Positions 62,715-64,000 of a DNA stretch of 64,000 nt are shown piece after piece. The number at the start of each line of letters is the position of its first letter. The first letter of the stretch is position 1. Source of the DNA: Clostridia bacterium (GTDB lineage: Bacteria; Bacillota; Clostridia; Oscillospirales; SIG627); contig JAFUKG010000043.1 in the NCBI GenBank assembly GCA_017467865.1, forward strand, positions 45,443-109,442, given 5' to 3'. Below the pieces are notes generated by a model that saw nothing but the letters and a program-made list of their open reading frames with translations, had not been told where the DNA came from and did no database searches. A program made the translations under genes and the position numbers.

Positions 62715-64000
62715 TTATCTTGCTTTAGTATTTATTTCTTCGGTGATTTTCAGTACGAATTCGTCGAGGGTCATAGTTGTCATTTCCTGAGAGCCTCTCT
62801 TTCTTACCGAAACCGTCTTTTCCTCTGTTTCCTTATCACCGATAACAAGCATATAGGGTATCTTTTGAAGCTGTGCTTCTCTTATCTTGTAGCCTGTCTT
62901 TTCGGCTCTCTTGTCGCTTTCCACACGAACGCCGTAGGACTGAAGCTTCTTTTCAATCTCGTCGGTATAGTCGTTATTTCTGTCGGTAATGGGAAGAATT
63001 CTTACCTGTGTGGGAGAAAGCCATGTGGGAAGCGCACCTGCATACTTCTCAATGAGAAGGGCAAGAGTTCTTTCATAGCACCCCATAGAGGTACGGTGGA
63101 TGATATAAGGAATTTTTGTGGTATTGTCGCTGTCAACGTATTCCATGCCGAACTTCTTGGCAAGGAGCATATCAATCTGAATAGTAACGATGGTATCTTC
63201 CTTACCGAAAACGTTCTTGCACTGAATGTCCAGCTTCGGTCCGTAGAATGCCGCTTCGTCGATACCTATAACGTAATTTTCACGTCCGAGGAGCTTATCG
63301 AGAAGCTCACCCATAATGTGTTGAGCCTCGTCCCACTGCTCGGCTGTTCCCTCGTACTTGTCTGTACGGTTGGGGTCCCACTGTGAAAATCTGAAGGAGC
63401 AATCCTCCCAGAGTCCGAGAGTTTCAAGGCAGTATTTTGCAAGCTTCAAGCACTGCTCAAACTCCTCTGCAAGCTGGTCGGGGCGAAGCACGATATGTCC
63501 CTCGGAGATAGTGAACTGACGGACACGAATGAGTCCATGCATTTCACCCGACTCTTCGTTACGGAAGAGAGTTGAGGTCTCGCCAAGTCTCATGGGAAGG
63601 TCACGGTAAGAGCGCTTCTTATTTAAAAATACCTGATACTGGAAAGGACAGGTCATAGGACGGAGTGCAAAGCATTCCTTGGTCTCATCGTCGGGGTCGC
63701 CCATAACGAACATTCCGTCAAGGTAATGGTCCCAGTGACCCGAAATCTTATAAAGCTCTCTTTTCGCCATAAGGGGAGTTTTGGTGAGGAGATATCCTCT
63801 CTGTTCTTCAACGTCCTCTACCCAGCGCTGAAGTCTCTGAATGGTGCGTGCGCCCTTGGGAAGAAGGATAGGAAGTCCCTGACCGATAGAGTCAACGGTT
63901 GTAAAATATTCAAGCTCACGGCCAAGCTTATTGTGGTCTCTCTTTCTCGCCTCTTCAAGAGCTGTAAGGTGCGCTTCAAGGTCGGGCTTAGAAGCAAATG
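62715..64000 (-). CDS. thrS: Threonine--tRNA ligase (3' part; the 5' end lies beyond the window)
   Basis: The reading frame stays open upstream of the track ATG to the window edge (..RGYLLTKTPLMAKRELYKISGHWDHY). Class II motifs and a C-terminal anticodon-binding domain are present. Confidence 0.9.
   Translation of the reverse strand, partial: FASKPDLEAHLTALEEARKRDHNKLGRELEYFTTVDSIGQGLPILLPKGARTIQRLQRWVEDVEEQRGYLLTKTPLMAKRELYKISGHWDHYLDGMFVMGDPDDETKECFALRPMTCPFQYQVFLNKKRSYRDLPMRLGETSTLFRNEESGEMHGLIRVRQFTISEGHIVLRPDQLAEEFEQCLKLAKYCLETLGLWEDCSFRFSQWDPNRTDKYEGTAEQWDEAQHIMGELLDKLLGRENYVIGIDEAAFYGPKLDIQCKNVFGKEDTIVTIQIDMLLAKKFGMEYVDSDNTTKIPYIIHRTSMGCYERTLALLIEKYAGALPTWLSPTQVRILPITDRNNDYTDEIEKKLQSYGVRVESDKRAEKTGYKIREAQLQKIPYMLVIGDKETEEKTVSVRKRGSQEMTTMTLDEFVLKITEEINTKAR

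Overview
This 64-kb chromosomal window comes from a low-GC, endospore-forming Firmicute with Clostridia-type gene content. No rRNA, tRNA, CRISPR array or cas gene is visible. Most of the window is housekeeping. It contains an amino-acid ABC transporter plus M18 aminopeptidase operon, rnfCDGEAB, spoVG, murC and ychF. It also contains a SpoVB-like flippase, a complete archaeal-order V/A-type ATPase operon (H/G-I-K-E-C-F-A-B-D), a GH4 glycosidase with an AraC regulator, cysK and dipicolinate synthase spoVFA/B. Further along are an acyl-CoA ligase, infC-rpmI-rplT with its L20-type leader, an LtaS-like enzyme, spoIIR, a 1192-aa PFOR (nifJ), an ABC-2 exporter, a flavin-reductase/rubredoxin/rubrerythrin fusion and the 3' part of thrS. 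Three things stand out. (1) A recombinase-less, visibly AT-rich island of about 2.8 kb lies between murC and ychF (12.2-15.0 kb). It carries an XRE/ImmA switch and a tightly coupled three-gene cassette of DUF4417-like, DUF6883-like and DUF4926-like proteins, and this is my best candidate for an uncharacterised toxin/immunity or defence-type module. (2) The intergenic DNA is unusually rich in modular repeats. These are a heptad-repeat palindromic element (7 copies), ATGATATC octamer arrays, an approximately 100-nt terminator-capped element downstream of spoVG and rplT, and a CATGAATTG-hairpin ladder around a four-helix-bundle gene. (3) There are several small AT-rich islets built around XRE regulators. 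All family assignments come from motif recognition by eye. No HMM, BLAST or folding computation was run, and noncoding coordinates are approximate to a few nt.
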